A stretch of 23,901 nt of DNA, taken from contig CAVYHV010000002.1 in NCBI GenBank assembly GCA_963768425.1, positions 1 through 23,901 of the forward strand, written 5' to 3'. Shown in pieces: positions 1 through 11,636 of the stretch. A model generated the notes under the pieces. The model searched no databases, was not told the DNA's origin, and saw only the letters and a program-made list of their open reading frames with translations. This DNA comes from Candidatus Bathyarchaeota archaeon (GTDB lineage: Archaea; Thermoproteota; Bathyarchaeia; Bathyarchaeales; Bathycorpusculaceae). Each line of letters begins with the position of its first letter. Position 1 is the first letter of the stretch. The position numbers and the translations under genes are program-made.

Positions 1-15
1 CAAAAAAATCTATGT

Positions 16-1479
16 TTACTTGTGAACCAATTTACCATCTGGCTCCTTGTTTGGCAAGCGTACAATGAATTTGGTTCCTTTACCTTGTTCACTTTCAAAA
101 GCCACAGTTCCATTCATCGCTTCAGTTAGCCGTTTCACAACTGCCAATCCGAGTCCTTGACCCTTAGATTTTGTGGTGAACATAGGCGTAAATATTTTAG
201 CTTTAACATCTTCAGGTATTCCCACACCTGTGTCTTTAACTTCAATAACAAAGCCTTCATCTTTGATGAAAGCACTAACGGAAAGTTCTCCGCCCTCAGG
301 CATGGCTTGAACAGCGTTTAGCACCAAATTACTTAAAACTCGTTTTAGCAACTCAGGGTCAACAAAAGCACGTTTGGCATCTTTGTCTACTTTGCAAAAA
401 ACCTTGATGCTGTCTGGTAAATTGCTTTTCAGTAGAATTTCTTTGAAAAGGCGAACTAAGTCTGTTTCTTTGCCGACTGGGTAAATAGCTCTAGCAAAAT
501 CTTGGAGGTCAGCGACAATCTTATTGATATAATCAATGCTCTTTTCAATCTCTTGCAAATTCTCTAACGCATTTTTTCTCTCTTTACTTTGAGGAGTATG
601 AACTAATTCCGCCCTGGCTAAGTAAACATCGCCGGTCATAGCTTGCAAGGGATTACGAATATCATGTCCAACCATACCTGCCGTAGTGCCTATAGCAGCC
701 AAACGTTCTTGTTCTTGAAGCCTCTTCTCCATATCCTTACGTTCAGTTATATCAACCACAATTCCCCTAGCCCCAACAATTTTGTCGTTTTTTATGATCG
801 GCTCGCTATTCAATAAAACAGGAAAACGCTCTCCATTCTTTCTCACAAAAACGTATTCATAACTCTGGCGCAATCCTTTAGCAAACATTAATCTCATATT
901 TTCTCTTGAACGCAAGACATCCTCAGGAGCGACAAGACGATTAGCATCAAAATTAGCCTCAAGCTCATCCTTCGAATAACCTAAAAGCTCAACTGCCCTC
1001 AAATTAGCAAAAGCAATATGCCCAGTTAGGTCGATTTCAAAAACCATTTCAGGCAGCCTATCAACAAGCTGCTCATATCTGACCTCACTTTCCCAAAGAG
1101 CTTCTTCAGCTTTCTTGCGTTCAGTTATGTTTTCGCAGAAAGCCATTAAATTTCCATCCGGTAATTGTGTTGCGTTTAAAATAACATATACAGGTTGCCC
1201 ATCTTTTCTCTTTAGCCTAAACTCTGTAACAGACTTTCCAGTTTCTTTTAACTTTGAATGATGTTTTCGCGCTAATGGAAGGTCTTCTTCAAACACAAGA
1301 TTTGAGGCAGTTTTTTCTAGAAGTTCTTCTTTGGAATAACCAAGCAATCTACAAGCAGCATCATTTACCTTGACATATTTACTTTCGGGATTAATAATGA
1401 AAAAAGCAACAGGCGAGTTTTCCACGTAAGTGCGGTATTTATCAACAAAATTCCGCCCAACTCTATTTTTCTTTCGCAT
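16..1479 (-). CDS. Soluble PAS-PAS sensor histidine kinase (HisKA + HATPase_c)
   Basis: Two PAS/PAC repeats (ENITERKKAE, DITERK), H-box GHDIRNPL, N-box NLVLNAVQA, G-boxes DTGVGI / FTTKSKGQGLGL; no TM segment seen. Confidence 0.95.
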   Translation of the reverse strand: MRKKNRVGRNFVDKYRTYVENSPVAFFIINPESKYVKVNDAACRLLGYSKEELLEKTASNLVFEEDLPLARKHHSKLKETGKSVTEFRLKRKDGQPVYVILNATQLPDGNLMAFCENITERKKAEEALWESEVRYEQLVDRLPEMVFEIDLTGHIAFANLRAVELLGYSKDELEANFDANRLVAPEDVLRSRENMRLMFAKGLRQSYEYVFVRKNGERFPVLLNSEPIIKNDKIVGARGIVVDITERKDMEKRLQEQERLAAIGTTAGMVGHDIRNPLQAMTGDVYLARAELVHTPQSKERKNALENLQEIEKSIDYINKIVADLQDFARAIYPVGKETDLVRLFKEILLKSNLPDSIKVFCKVDKDAKRAFVDPELLKRVLSNLVLNAVQAMPEGGELSVSAFIKDEGFVIEVKDTGVGIPEDVKAKIFTPMFTTKSKGQGLGLAVVKRLTEAMNGTVAFESEQGKGTKFIVRLPNKEPDGKLVHK

Positions 1480-1582
1480 AGTCGGGTAACCAACTGCTAT
1501 TTTGGGACAAAATATTGATTTAATTATGTCTTGCTATATACTAAAAGCTTTTGGGAAGCAGAAAACAAAGCCACAACAACTA

Positions 1583-1623
1583 TTTTTACTGTAAATTGGT
1601 ACAGTATCCCTCCCCCGGCGCCA
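1583..1623 (+). repeat. Dispersed repeat copy R1: conserved motif fused to tRNA-Ser-like 3' end (att-like site)
   Basis: TTTTTACTGTAAATTGGTACAGT + AT-CCCTC-CCCCGGC-G-CCA. The tail has exact T-stem(5)/acceptor(7)/discriminator G/CCA geometry; similar to 4235, 5170 and 21621. Confidence 0.8.
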
Positions 1624-1711
1624 TTCAGGGCATGTTGAAGTTATTACGACAAAATATGCTCAAAAGAACCCTTGTCGTTTAACGGGTATGCTGTCCGCTA
1701 AACCTTCTTTT

Positions 1712-1729
1712 AAACAAAAAAAGGGGAAA
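1712..1729 (-). terminator. Putative pyrimidine/U-rich archaeal terminator downstream of katG
   Basis: Minus strand TTTCCCCTTTTTTTGTTT about 100 nt after the katG stop; a similar tract follows the beta-propeller gene. Confidence 0.4.
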
Positions 1730-1827
1730 CCCGGGTGAAGTCTCCACTTTATTGAGGACGCAAATTCGGACTCGAACTGATTTTGGGCTGATGGCTTACC
1801 ATTTGGTCATCGCTAGTCTATCATGTG

Positions 1828-4023
<2,196 letters not shown>

Positions 4024-4234
4024 TTATCTTGATTGAAGTGGGACTAATTTAAAGTTTAGGATATACTAATTTGAGCAAATACGAGATTGCACAAGAGAAA
4101 TCGAAGCTTATTGTTAAGCAAACTTGGATTCAGAAAATTGAATCAAAAATAACTCGCACCTAAAAACCATGGATTTGCGGGTAACGTTCACGAAATAGGA
4201 GGCTCAATTCTCGTCCCCAGCTTTGACAAAAGTC

Positions 4235-4275
4235 TTTTACTGTTAAATTAGAGCCTGTGTCCCCTTCCCGCACCA
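4235..4275 (+). repeat. Dispersed repeat copy R2 (degenerate) with tRNA-Leu-like 3' tail
   Basis: TTTTACTGTTAAATTAGAGCCTGT + GTCCCCTTCCCGC-A-CCA; aligns with R1/R3 over about 40 nt. Confidence 0.65.
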
Positions 4276-4475
4276 TTTTTGAAGCTATAATCGATGGCAT
4301 TAAGAGCAAATAAGCGTGATTTTGAATCATTTGTCAATGATTTTGAAATAAGTGCAAGAATTCTTATCGGAGCTTCCTTTAACACAGTTTGTCTGGTCGT
4401 GATTGCCTAACCAGCAATTATCATTAGATTTCGGCAGTGGCTAGAATGAACTCTACGAAAGAATCGTTATTTTCA

Positions 4476-5072
4476 TCAGGGATATGAACTAATGTTGCTT
4501 TTTCTCGAGTTATCTAAAGCAACTTTAGTCTGCACTATCATTTTTCCCAAGTGCCTCGCAGAATCTATGCCCTCCTGGTCTTTGGCAACGTCTCCCTTCT
4601 CTCTTCCAATAGAGAACGCTCGTCCGCCGCTTGGGATAGCTATTCCTACAGCAGTTAAGAATGTGATCATCTGGCCACAAGTGTTCGAAACGCCTGACCG
4701 ACGAGCAACAGCTATTACGCCGCCCACCTTCTCCGTAAAGTCTTTTCTTCCTCTAGCCAACGCGAGAAAACCTATCCTATCGATAAAAATCTTCATTTGA
4801 GCGGTGACCCCTTGAAAATACGACGGACTACCCAACAGTATCCCGTCAGCCTCCATTATGATCTTGTAAAGTTTTTCACCGTCATCGTCTATAACACATT
4901 TCTTAGCGCTAAAGCAGCCCATGCAACCGTTGCAGGGCTGAATACGATAATCAGAAATTCGAATCAGCTTTACTTCTGCGCCCTCCGCTTTCGCAGCCGC
5001 CAAAGCTTCCTGCAAAATCATGTCTGTGTTGCCGCCGACTCTAGGACTTCCACTTAGCCCAATTATAAGCAC
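4476..5072 (-). CDS. Iron-sulfur flavoprotein (Isf)-like NADPH-dependent FMN reductase / flavodoxin family protein
   Basis: N-terminal GSPRxGGNT FMN-binding loop, Cx2Cx2Cx5C (CNGCMGCFSAKKC), GSPSYF, K.FIDR; GTG start after GAGG. Confidence 0.92.
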   Translation of the reverse strand: MLIIGLSGSPRVGGNTDMILQEALAAAKAEGAEVKLIRISDYRIQPCNGCMGCFSAKKCVIDDDGEKLYKIIMEADGILLGSPSYFQGVTAQMKIFIDRIGFLALARGRKDFTEKVGGVIAVARRSGVSNTCGQMITFLTAVGIAIPSGGRAFSIGREKGDVAKDQEGIDSARHLGKMIVQTKVALDNSRKSNISSYP

Positions 5073-5169
5073 TTTTTACAACCTCAAAAGCTCACTCTTC
5101 AAACCAATTGATTAACAATTTGGTCTGAGCTCCACGTCTTTCTGGCTGTCCACTTATTTCAATAACAAA

Positions 5170-5211
5170 TTTTACTGGTAAATTGGTGCTAGTATCCCCC
5201 TCCCAGCGCTA
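5170..5211 (+). repeat. Dispersed repeat copy R3 with degenerate tRNA-Ser-like 3' tail
   Basis: TTTTACTGGTAAATTGGTGCTAGT + AT-CCCCC-TCCCAGC-G-CTA; shares a 22-nt identical core (CTGGTAAATTGGTGCTAGTATC) with the reverse complement of 21635-21656. Confidence 0.85.
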
Positions 5212-5425
5212 AATTTACTAAACTAAGTCATGTTTCCAAAAGGACGGGGTAGTGACATCTTGAAGTTTTAGGGTTTGCTGAGGCTCTGGAAACTACGGAA
5301 GAAAATTTCTTTTCTTTAGGAGAATAAAGAAAAATTTCAAATTCTTCAATTGCAGCTATTTTAAGTTTAACCAGAGCCTTCTCAGCCACTTCTCTTCATC
5401 TCTCCTCACTGCTTTTTAGGGGACT

Positions 5426-5440
5426 AAAAAAGGGGAAGGA
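5426..5440 (-). terminator. Putative U-rich terminator of the beta-propeller gene
   Basis: Minus strand TCCTTCCCCTTTTTT about 25 nt after the stop codon. Confidence 0.5.
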
Positions 5441-5462
5441 TTTTTTGTTTTATGGCTTTGGT

Positions 5463-8066
5463 TTATGGTCGTTTTCTTGTGACTAAGATTGCGAGTACTG
5501 CGCCGATGATGACTATTACGATGATTATTGCGACGATTCCGTACATGAGTGTGTTATTTGATGCTAAGCCAGCAAGTGGTGTCGCTGTCGGTGCTAATGT
5601 TGCCGAAGGGGCGCTCGCGTAGAAAGCTGCTTGAGCAGAAGAGCCATAGTATGATTGTGTACCTGCGAACGTGGCGGTGACCGTATAGTTCCCTGCGATG
5701 TCAGGCTTCCAATTGAAGCTGAAAAAGCCGTTTGCGCCAGTTGTAGTTGTGCCAATCGTTCGGTAGTTATTGTTGGAATCGAGAACGTATAGTGTCACTG
5801 GAACTCCTGTGGTGTTGGTTGGCATCGGCTGCTGCTCGTAAACTGCTTCCATGAACTGTGTCATGCTTGCGTCGGATACGCATGGTAAGCCGTTGGGGAA
5901 GTTTGCAGCAACTACGTCCTGTTTTGCGCCTGCAGAGATGTCGGTGACTCGGCCAGATATGGTTATTGTTGTAGCTGTTGTGACGCCAACGTCGGGTGCT
6001 GTAACGGTTGTTTGACTCGGCCCAACGCCGAAGCCGTATATCTGTCCGTCGTAGCCGTTCCAACCCATCAGTTCGCCGTCTGCAATAGGTGATACGTCTC
6101 TTTGGAAAGCACCGTTGATTTCCCAAACTAATTTGCCAGTAGCACAATTCAACGCAATTTTCTCTCCACCTGGAAACAGCGGAGGATCATAGCAACGTCC
6201 TTCAGAAATGAATAGCATTCCATCAGCGATGCTTTGCGAATCGAAGACCCAGTTTGGATATATACCGTATGGCGTGTTGTATCCAGCACTTCCTCTAGTC
6301 CATGTCCAATCAATTTTTCCAGTTGTAAGGTTAAGAGCGTTCACGTAGCCACCGATGTCCCAGATGTAGGCCTGACCGTAAGCGATAGCTCCACCTGCGA
6401 AGAGCGTGCTTAGTCCATTTCCTACGAGTTGAGTTGGTCCCCAGAGTTGTTGACCAGTAGCTAGCGAATAGCCGTATGCTTGATCTGTGTCTTTGTCCAG
6501 TGTTACGTATACGTTACTGCCTGCAGCCTCGAGGTTGTAATTGTGCCCGCTTTGTAATGTCTGGTTTGTTGGTCCGAAAAGAACTGCACCAGTCATGGGA
6601 TTGTATGCCATATCTGTAACATAGGATCCACCGTACTGTGAGCCGAAAAAGCCTGCTGCAATAAGGTACGGTTGTGAGGTCAAAAGTATTCCTTGGTTGG
6701 TTTCAGAAGAGATGCCAAAGTTTGGATTGATTACTGGAACGGGTACTGACCACTGGATGCCTATATTGAAATTGTAAGTTCCCGTTGGCTTGAAGTCACC
6801 TGTGTAGATTTCAGCCGAAAGACCATTTGCTATTGTACCACCAACAAGGCAAAGTGATGAATTCCACATAGTTAGCGATTCAGCAGTAACGACTCCGCCT
6901 GGACCATAAGTGTCGTTGGTGTAGTAGAGAAGTATCGATCCTTCGCAGTTAGGTTCGCTGGAATCAATCAATGCGTTTGTTGATGTGGAAAAGATGTTAG
7001 CTATGTTTCCTGGTATGTTATTTACTGTTGCCATATAGTTTCCTGTCACCGGGTCTAATATGTCATAGTTGGCAGTTGATGGATTGTATACCCACAGGAG
7101 TGCTTGAGAGCCGAATTCTTCAACTGTGTGGAATGTGATCACTTGACCGTAAACTAACGAGTCAGTGGTATTTTTCACCCACAAAGTTTGCCCATTGAAG
7201 AGGTCAACTGCAACGATGCCTGCGTAGTCTGTTTGAGCCGGATACCAACTGTAGAAAAGAATGCCATCCAGAATTATCGGTTCAAAAGTGTGGTAAAGTG
7301 GCGAGTTCGCTGCGAATGAGCTTATTTCGTTAGCCGCGGTTTCGCCTCCAGGTTGACCTCCAGTTGTGATTGGTTTAGTCCACAGTACGTGAGCTGTTGT
7401 CGGTGCGGTGCTGTAGGGTTGGAAGTTGTTTCCTGAGCCGTCGTACCCGCCTGTGTTGTCAAATCCAGGTCTTCCTAAGCCGTACCAGTTCCCACCGACT
7501 GCTTGCGCCCAATAGTAGTTTGATGCGTATATTGGTGTTGTCCAGTAACTCGTTGGCAGAGGAGTGTTAGAAAAGTATGATATCGGAGTTTGCTGCACAA
7601 CTATTGCAACTGCTGGGCTTATTGAGGGATCAACGCTATAGGTTATCCCGCTCGAAAGGTCTGTTCCTAAGGATTGTCCTGGAAACACCGCTTGGAATGT
7701 GTAGTTTCCTGTTACGGTGGGCACCCAGCTAATTGCTGGAACGCCTCCAGTGGTGTCTGTTGTGTATGGTCCGAGGGTTACGTTGGTTCCGTCTGGTTGA
7801 ATGACGTTGACTTTCAGGTTTGTCAGTGCTGCTCCGGCGTTGATGAAATTATTGTAGTTAAGTAATGTTACGGGTTTAGTGAAGAAGAGAGTTATGTATA
7901 CTGTTTGTCCCACGCCGACTGGGCTAGGTGATGCGTTGACGTATAGAAAAGTTGGAAGGGTTACTGTCGATGTTGTTGCGGCTGATGCTTGTCCTATCAT
8001 CATAATCATTGGGGCTGTTAATACTATCATAAGTACTAAAGCGATTAATCGGTTTTTGGTTTGCAT
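5463..8066 (-). CDS. Secreted, C-terminally anchored PQQ-binding-like beta-propeller surface protein with Ig-like flanking domains
   Basis: Signal peptide (..IGQASA), PSPVGVGQ Ig-like start, repeated AxD/NxxTGxxxW blades, C-terminal TM followed by RKRP; AAGGAG RBS. Confidence 0.88.
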   Translation of the reverse strand: MQTKNRLIALVLMIVLTAPMIMMIGQASAATTSTVTLPTFLYVNASPSPVGVGQTVYITLFFTKPVTLLNYNNFINAGAALTNLKVNVIQPDGTNVTLGPYTTDTTGGVPAISWVPTVTGNYTFQAVFPGQSLGTDLSSGITYSVDPSISPAVAIVVQQTPISYFSNTPLPTSYWTTPIYASNYYWAQAVGGNWYGLGRPGFDNTGGYDGSGNNFQPYSTAPTTAHVLWTKPITTGGQPGGETAANEISSFAANSPLYHTFEPIILDGILFYSWYPAQTDYAGIVAVDLFNGQTLWVKNTTDSLVYGQVITFHTVEEFGSQALLWVYNPSTANYDILDPVTGNYMATVNNIPGNIANIFSTSTNALIDSSEPNCEGSILLYYTNDTYGPGGVVTAESLTMWNSSLCLVGGTIANGLSAEIYTGDFKPTGTYNFNIGIQWSVPVPVINPNFGISSETNQGILLTSQPYLIAAGFFGSQYGGSYVTDMAYNPMTGAVLFGPTNQTLQSGHNYNLEAAGSNVYVTLDKDTDQAYGYSLATGQQLWGPTQLVGNGLSTLFAGGAIAYGQAYIWDIGGYVNALNLTTGKIDWTWTRGSAGYNTPYGIYPNWVFDSQSIADGMLFISEGRCYDPPLFPGGEKIALNCATGKLVWEINGAFQRDVSPIADGELMGWNGYDGQIYGFGVGPSQTTVTAPDVGVTTATTITISGRVTDISAGAKQDVVAANFPNGLPCVSDASMTQFMEAVYEQQPMPTNTTGVPVTLYVLDSNNNYRTIGTTTTGANGFFSFNWKPDIAGNYTVTATFAGTQSYYGSSAQAAFYASAPSATLAPTATPLAGLASNNTLMYGIVAIIIVIVIIGAVLAILVTRKRP

Positions 8067-8124
8067 TTTGTTTTCTCCTTTATTCTATGACCTCTCCTTT
8101 GCCTTCAAAAAGAACTTAAGTATT

Positions 8125-8147
8125 TGTTAGTGGGGCTTGTCCTAACA
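8125..8147. promoter_or_regulatory. Candidate operator (TGTTAG-N11-CTAACA) in divergent promoter
   Basis: Inverted repeat in the 123-nt gap between the propeller gene and the TrmB-family gene, adjacent to a TACTTAAG TATA-like box on the minus strand. Confidence 0.4.
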
Positions 8148-8189
8148 CTTACATAAAATTTTAATTTAACAAAGATATCATGAATCAAT

Positions 8190-9029
8190 ATGTTTGAAAT
8201 TGGCGACAAGCGTATTCAAAATTTAATCAAGTTTGGGCTAACTTTCTCGCAAGCAACAGTATATCTGACTCTTATAAAACTAGGCGAGTCAAACGTAAAA
8301 AGAATCTCCGAAGCAACAAATATTGCTCGCTCAGAAGTCTACAGAGTAATCAATACACTCGAAAAAACAGGCTTCACATCTAGGATAATTGGTGTTCCTA
8401 CAATGTACAAAGCCACTCCAATAAGACAGGTCTATCACCAGTTGTTTCAGAACAAAGTAAATCAATATACCAAGTTAAAAGATGAAGCAAAGGACCTAAT
8501 CAAGAGCATAGAGGGATGCAGTGGCGAATCGGCTTTTCCCGAAGATGAGCAAGAGCTGATTCTAATCTCTTCAAGAAGACTCCACGACAAGAAAGTGGAT
8601 TTCGCGGATAATGAAACTAAATCGAGCATAGATATTTTAGGTGATTTCAAAGGGTTAAGAGCCAAGGTATTTTGTCAGGGACACATACATGAGAAAGCAC
8701 TAAAAAGAGGCGTTAAAATTCGAATCATTACAGATGAACCGGAAGGCGAACAACATGGAAAATTTTCACAGTTGGAAAATGATTCGTCATTTCAGGTTCG
8801 ATATGTTCCTTCCCCTATTGCAATCAGGCTAGCAATCTACGACAGAAAGAAGATGTTCTTGAGTGTGGCAAGAACAATGAATGAAATGCTACCTTGTCTT
8901 TGGTCAAATAATTCAGTGTTGGCAAATATTGTAATGTCTTACTTTGAAGAATTATGGGAAACATCACATCAATCATCTCATGAAAACAAATCAGTGCAAA
9001 ATGATATGCACGTTCAAGTAGAAAAATAG
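8190..9029 (+). CDS. TrmB-family transcriptional regulator (N-terminal wHTH + PLD-like effector domain)
   Basis: FGLTFSQATVYLTL...IARSEVYRVINTLEKTG HTH; KRGVKIRII, IYDRK, FEELWE C-terminal motifs. Confidence 0.92.
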   Translation: MFEIGDKRIQNLIKFGLTFSQATVYLTLIKLGESNVKRISEATNIARSEVYRVINTLEKTGFTSRIIGVPTMYKATPIRQVYHQLFQNKVNQYTKLKDEAKDLIKSIEGCSGESAFPEDEQELILISSRRLHDKKVDFADNETKSSIDILGDFKGLRAKVFCQGHIHEKALKRGVKIRIITDEPEGEQHGKFSQLENDSSFQVRYVPSPIAIRLAIYDRKKMFLSVARTMNEMLPCLWSNNSVLANIVMSYFEELWETSHQSSHENKSVQNDMHVQVEK

Positions 9030-9344
9030 GTCTCGCATAAAAATTATTGGAAAATCCCAATAATTACAATTGGACATTAAGAGGCAAATGTACGAAGTTA
9101 CAGTTACTCTGCCGCTTAGAACTATTTCCGCAACCAAGCACGTTTTTAGAGAAATTAATCTTACAATAGCGAAGAAACCAGCTCACGAATGCATCGGATT
9201 ATTCAACCATTCGGAACTGGGCGAGTGTAGCAATTACAAAAGAGTCCTCTAAAAAAACGTTTAATTACCGAAACAGGAAACGAAAACAGAACTTGAACCT
9301 TTGAAGTAAGTTGCGGCAGAAGTTTGCGTAAATGCGGAGAGGCC

Positions 9345-11636
9345 CTATGTTTTCTCACTCGCTAATCTAAAAGCTTCTTTTCCAACTTGGTTGATCTTAG
9401 GAATTGTTATCGTGAATTTGGCTCCTATTCCGGGTTCACCATTCTCTTCAATTTTCCAGCCATAAACGTCCATCATCTTTTTGATCAAGAATAACCCGAA
9501 ACCCGTGCTTCCACCAGTGCTGAAACCTTCCGCGAAAAGACGCGCTTTGTTTTCAAGGGGCACACCGACCCCGTCATCTTCATAAACCAACTTCAAGCTA
9601 GCTTGATCTGCCAATTCGCAGAATACTTTTATGGTTGTTGTTTTTTTGCCGTATTTTCTTGTGTTATCAATGAAATTATAAAATAGTTGCCTTAGAAATG
9701 AGTCCGCCAGAACTGTTAACCCACGGCATCCATTGATTATCGTTGGAATAGGACCTGAAAAAAGAGTTACGGCTTCTTCCAGTTTTTGTTCCACATCAAT
9801 ATAAGTTAGCTCTTGCGCGCCTAATTGCTCATACATTTTTGCAAAATCAAAAATCTTCATTGAATCTTTGATAGCCTGATCCATCTTATCTAGCGCATCT
9901 ACAATGTCTGCCTGATCGCGATGTCTCTTTTTTAGTATGTATGTGTAACCTGTTACTGTTGAAAGCTTGTTACGAACGTCATGCCTAGTTAAGCTGCCTA
10001 CAACTCTGAGTTTTTCATTTAATTCCTGAATCTTATCCAAGGTATCCGACAGTGAAGTTAAAGAAAACGTCAAGTCGGCCTCAGTATTTTTTTGCAAGGT
10101 TATGTCCGTGGTTATGCTTGCAGCACCTAGAAACTTTCCATCTGCTTTGTAGATTGGAGTTCGATTCAAAATTACTGGTACGGTAGAACCGTCTTTATTC
10201 TTAGCCAATGCTTCAGTTGACCAGCTTTCTCCAGCCATTAACCTTTTTTCTGTTTCATTAGCCTCTTCTGGCGATGCAGCACCCAATAGCTCCTCAACCT
10301 TATGTCCTAATGCTTGTTCTTCTGACCAACCGTAGAGTTTTTCAGCTGCTTTATTCCAAAAACGAATTATTCTATTGTTATCAACCATAATAATAGCTTG
10401 GCCAACATGATTTAACAGATCAGCTTGAAATTTAATCGATTCTTCAGCTTTCTTTTGATCGGTAATGCCGCGAACGGTCGCTTGCAGAACTTCTCGTCCT
10501 TTCAGCGGCATCCTCGTCAAAAGCACGTCTGCAGAGAAGGTAGATCCATTTGGTCGAGAGTGAATCCAGAAAAAGTGGTCAGTGCCCGTCTTAAACGCTT
10601 TTTGGATATGGTAGTTAGCGGCAATAATGGATGGAGTACCATCAGGTTGTGTTGGGGGTGACAAATCGGCAGGATGAAACTGTGTAAATTCCTTCACAGA
10701 ACTAAAGCCAAACATATCAAGGGTAGCTTTATTGCAGTCAAAAAAGCCCTTCTCATCAAGCAAATTCAAAGCATCCATCGAAGCATTAAAAGTTGTCTGG
10801 TATTTCTCTTCGCTCTCTTTTAATTTATCCTCAGCCGTTTTACGGTCAGTAATATTCTCAAATATAGCCGCAAAATAGCTTTTTCTGGGACAATAAACTG
10901 AAACATGCAGCCAAATGTTAAACGGCTTAAAGAATACTTCAAACCTTTCTGTTTGACCTGTAAAAGCAACTCTCCCATAGATTTCGAAAAGTTCAGGATT
11001 AGCCTCTTTGATTCCTGGGATTGCTTGGGTTACTTTCTTACCTACTATTGTTTCTCGTTTCAAGCCTGTTATTTCTTGAAAAGCATCATTAACTTGAAGA
11101 TAAATAAAATCAACTGGCTTTCCTGAATCATCAAATAGCATTTGACAATAAGCAAAACCATCGATCATGTTTGCAAAAAGGGAACTATATTCTTCCTGAC
11201 TTTTCTGTAATGCCTCTTCAGCTTTCTTTTGTTTAGTGATATCTTTGGCGATGTGAATAACATGCGAAACTTGGCCTTGTTGGTCAAGAATTGCTGAAGA
11301 AGTTACTAATATTGGTATACCCAAATGCGGGTCGTTCACTTCTTCAGTGGCTATTTGCTTTGTTTCTAAGGTTTTTGCAGCTGGGCAATTGCACCAAGGT
11401 TCCTTAGTCCAGTGCATGATTTCATAACAATGCCTGCCTATCAACTCCTCAGGTTTCTTTTTAAGAAAGTCACAAGTACTCTTGTTGACTTTAGTTATGA
11501 ACCGGTTTTTATCCATGACAAATAGTAGATCGCCAAGACAATCGACAATCAGGTCAGTTTCGCTTGCATTTTCACTCGAGGTGTTACATTCTACCAAGCT
11601 TTCGAGTAAAATTGATGCTTTGTTTTCAGTTTGCAT
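9345..11636 (-). CDS. Soluble 4xPAS sensor histidine kinase
   Basis: Four PAS/PAC units, H-box RHDVRNKL, NFIDNTRKYG, DDGVGV, GGSTGFGL. Start placed at ATG 11636 (MQTENK), overlapping the upstream stop by 11 nt. Confidence 0.93.
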   Translation of the reverse strand: MQTENKASILLESLVECNTSSENASETDLIVDCLGDLLFVMDKNRFITKVNKSTCDFLKKKPEELIGRHCYEIMHWTKEPWCNCPAAKTLETKQIATEEVNDPHLGIPILVTSSAILDQQGQVSHVIHIAKDITKQKKAEEALQKSQEEYSSLFANMIDGFAYCQMLFDDSGKPVDFIYLQVNDAFQEITGLKRETIVGKKVTQAIPGIKEANPELFEIYGRVAFTGQTERFEVFFKPFNIWLHVSVYCPRKSYFAAIFENITDRKTAEDKLKESEEKYQTTFNASMDALNLLDEKGFFDCNKATLDMFGFSSVKEFTQFHPADLSPPTQPDGTPSIIAANYHIQKAFKTGTDHFFWIHSRPNGSTFSADVLLTRMPLKGREVLQATVRGITDQKKAEESIKFQADLLNHVGQAIIMVDNNRIIRFWNKAAEKLYGWSEEQALGHKVEELLGAASPEEANETEKRLMAGESWSTEALAKNKDGSTVPVILNRTPIYKADGKFLGAASITTDITLQKNTEADLTFSLTSLSDTLDKIQELNEKLRVVGSLTRHDVRNKLSTVTGYTYILKKRHRDQADIVDALDKMDQAIKDSMKIFDFAKMYEQLGAQELTYIDVEQKLEEAVTLFSGPIPTIINGCRGLTVLADSFLRQLFYNFIDNTRKYGKKTTTIKVFCELADQASLKLVYEDDGVGVPLENKARLFAEGFSTGGSTGFGLFLIKKMMDVYGWKIEENGEPGIGAKFTITIPKINQVGKEAFRLASEKT

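Noticed and set aside
5234-5243. TTCCAAAAGG shared near R3 and R4 (21591-21600)
   Set aside because: Opposite orientation relative to the respective repeats; a 10-mer match is plausible by chance
9070-9252. 60-aa ORF after the TrmB gene
   Set aside because: TTG start, no RBS, no recognisable motif
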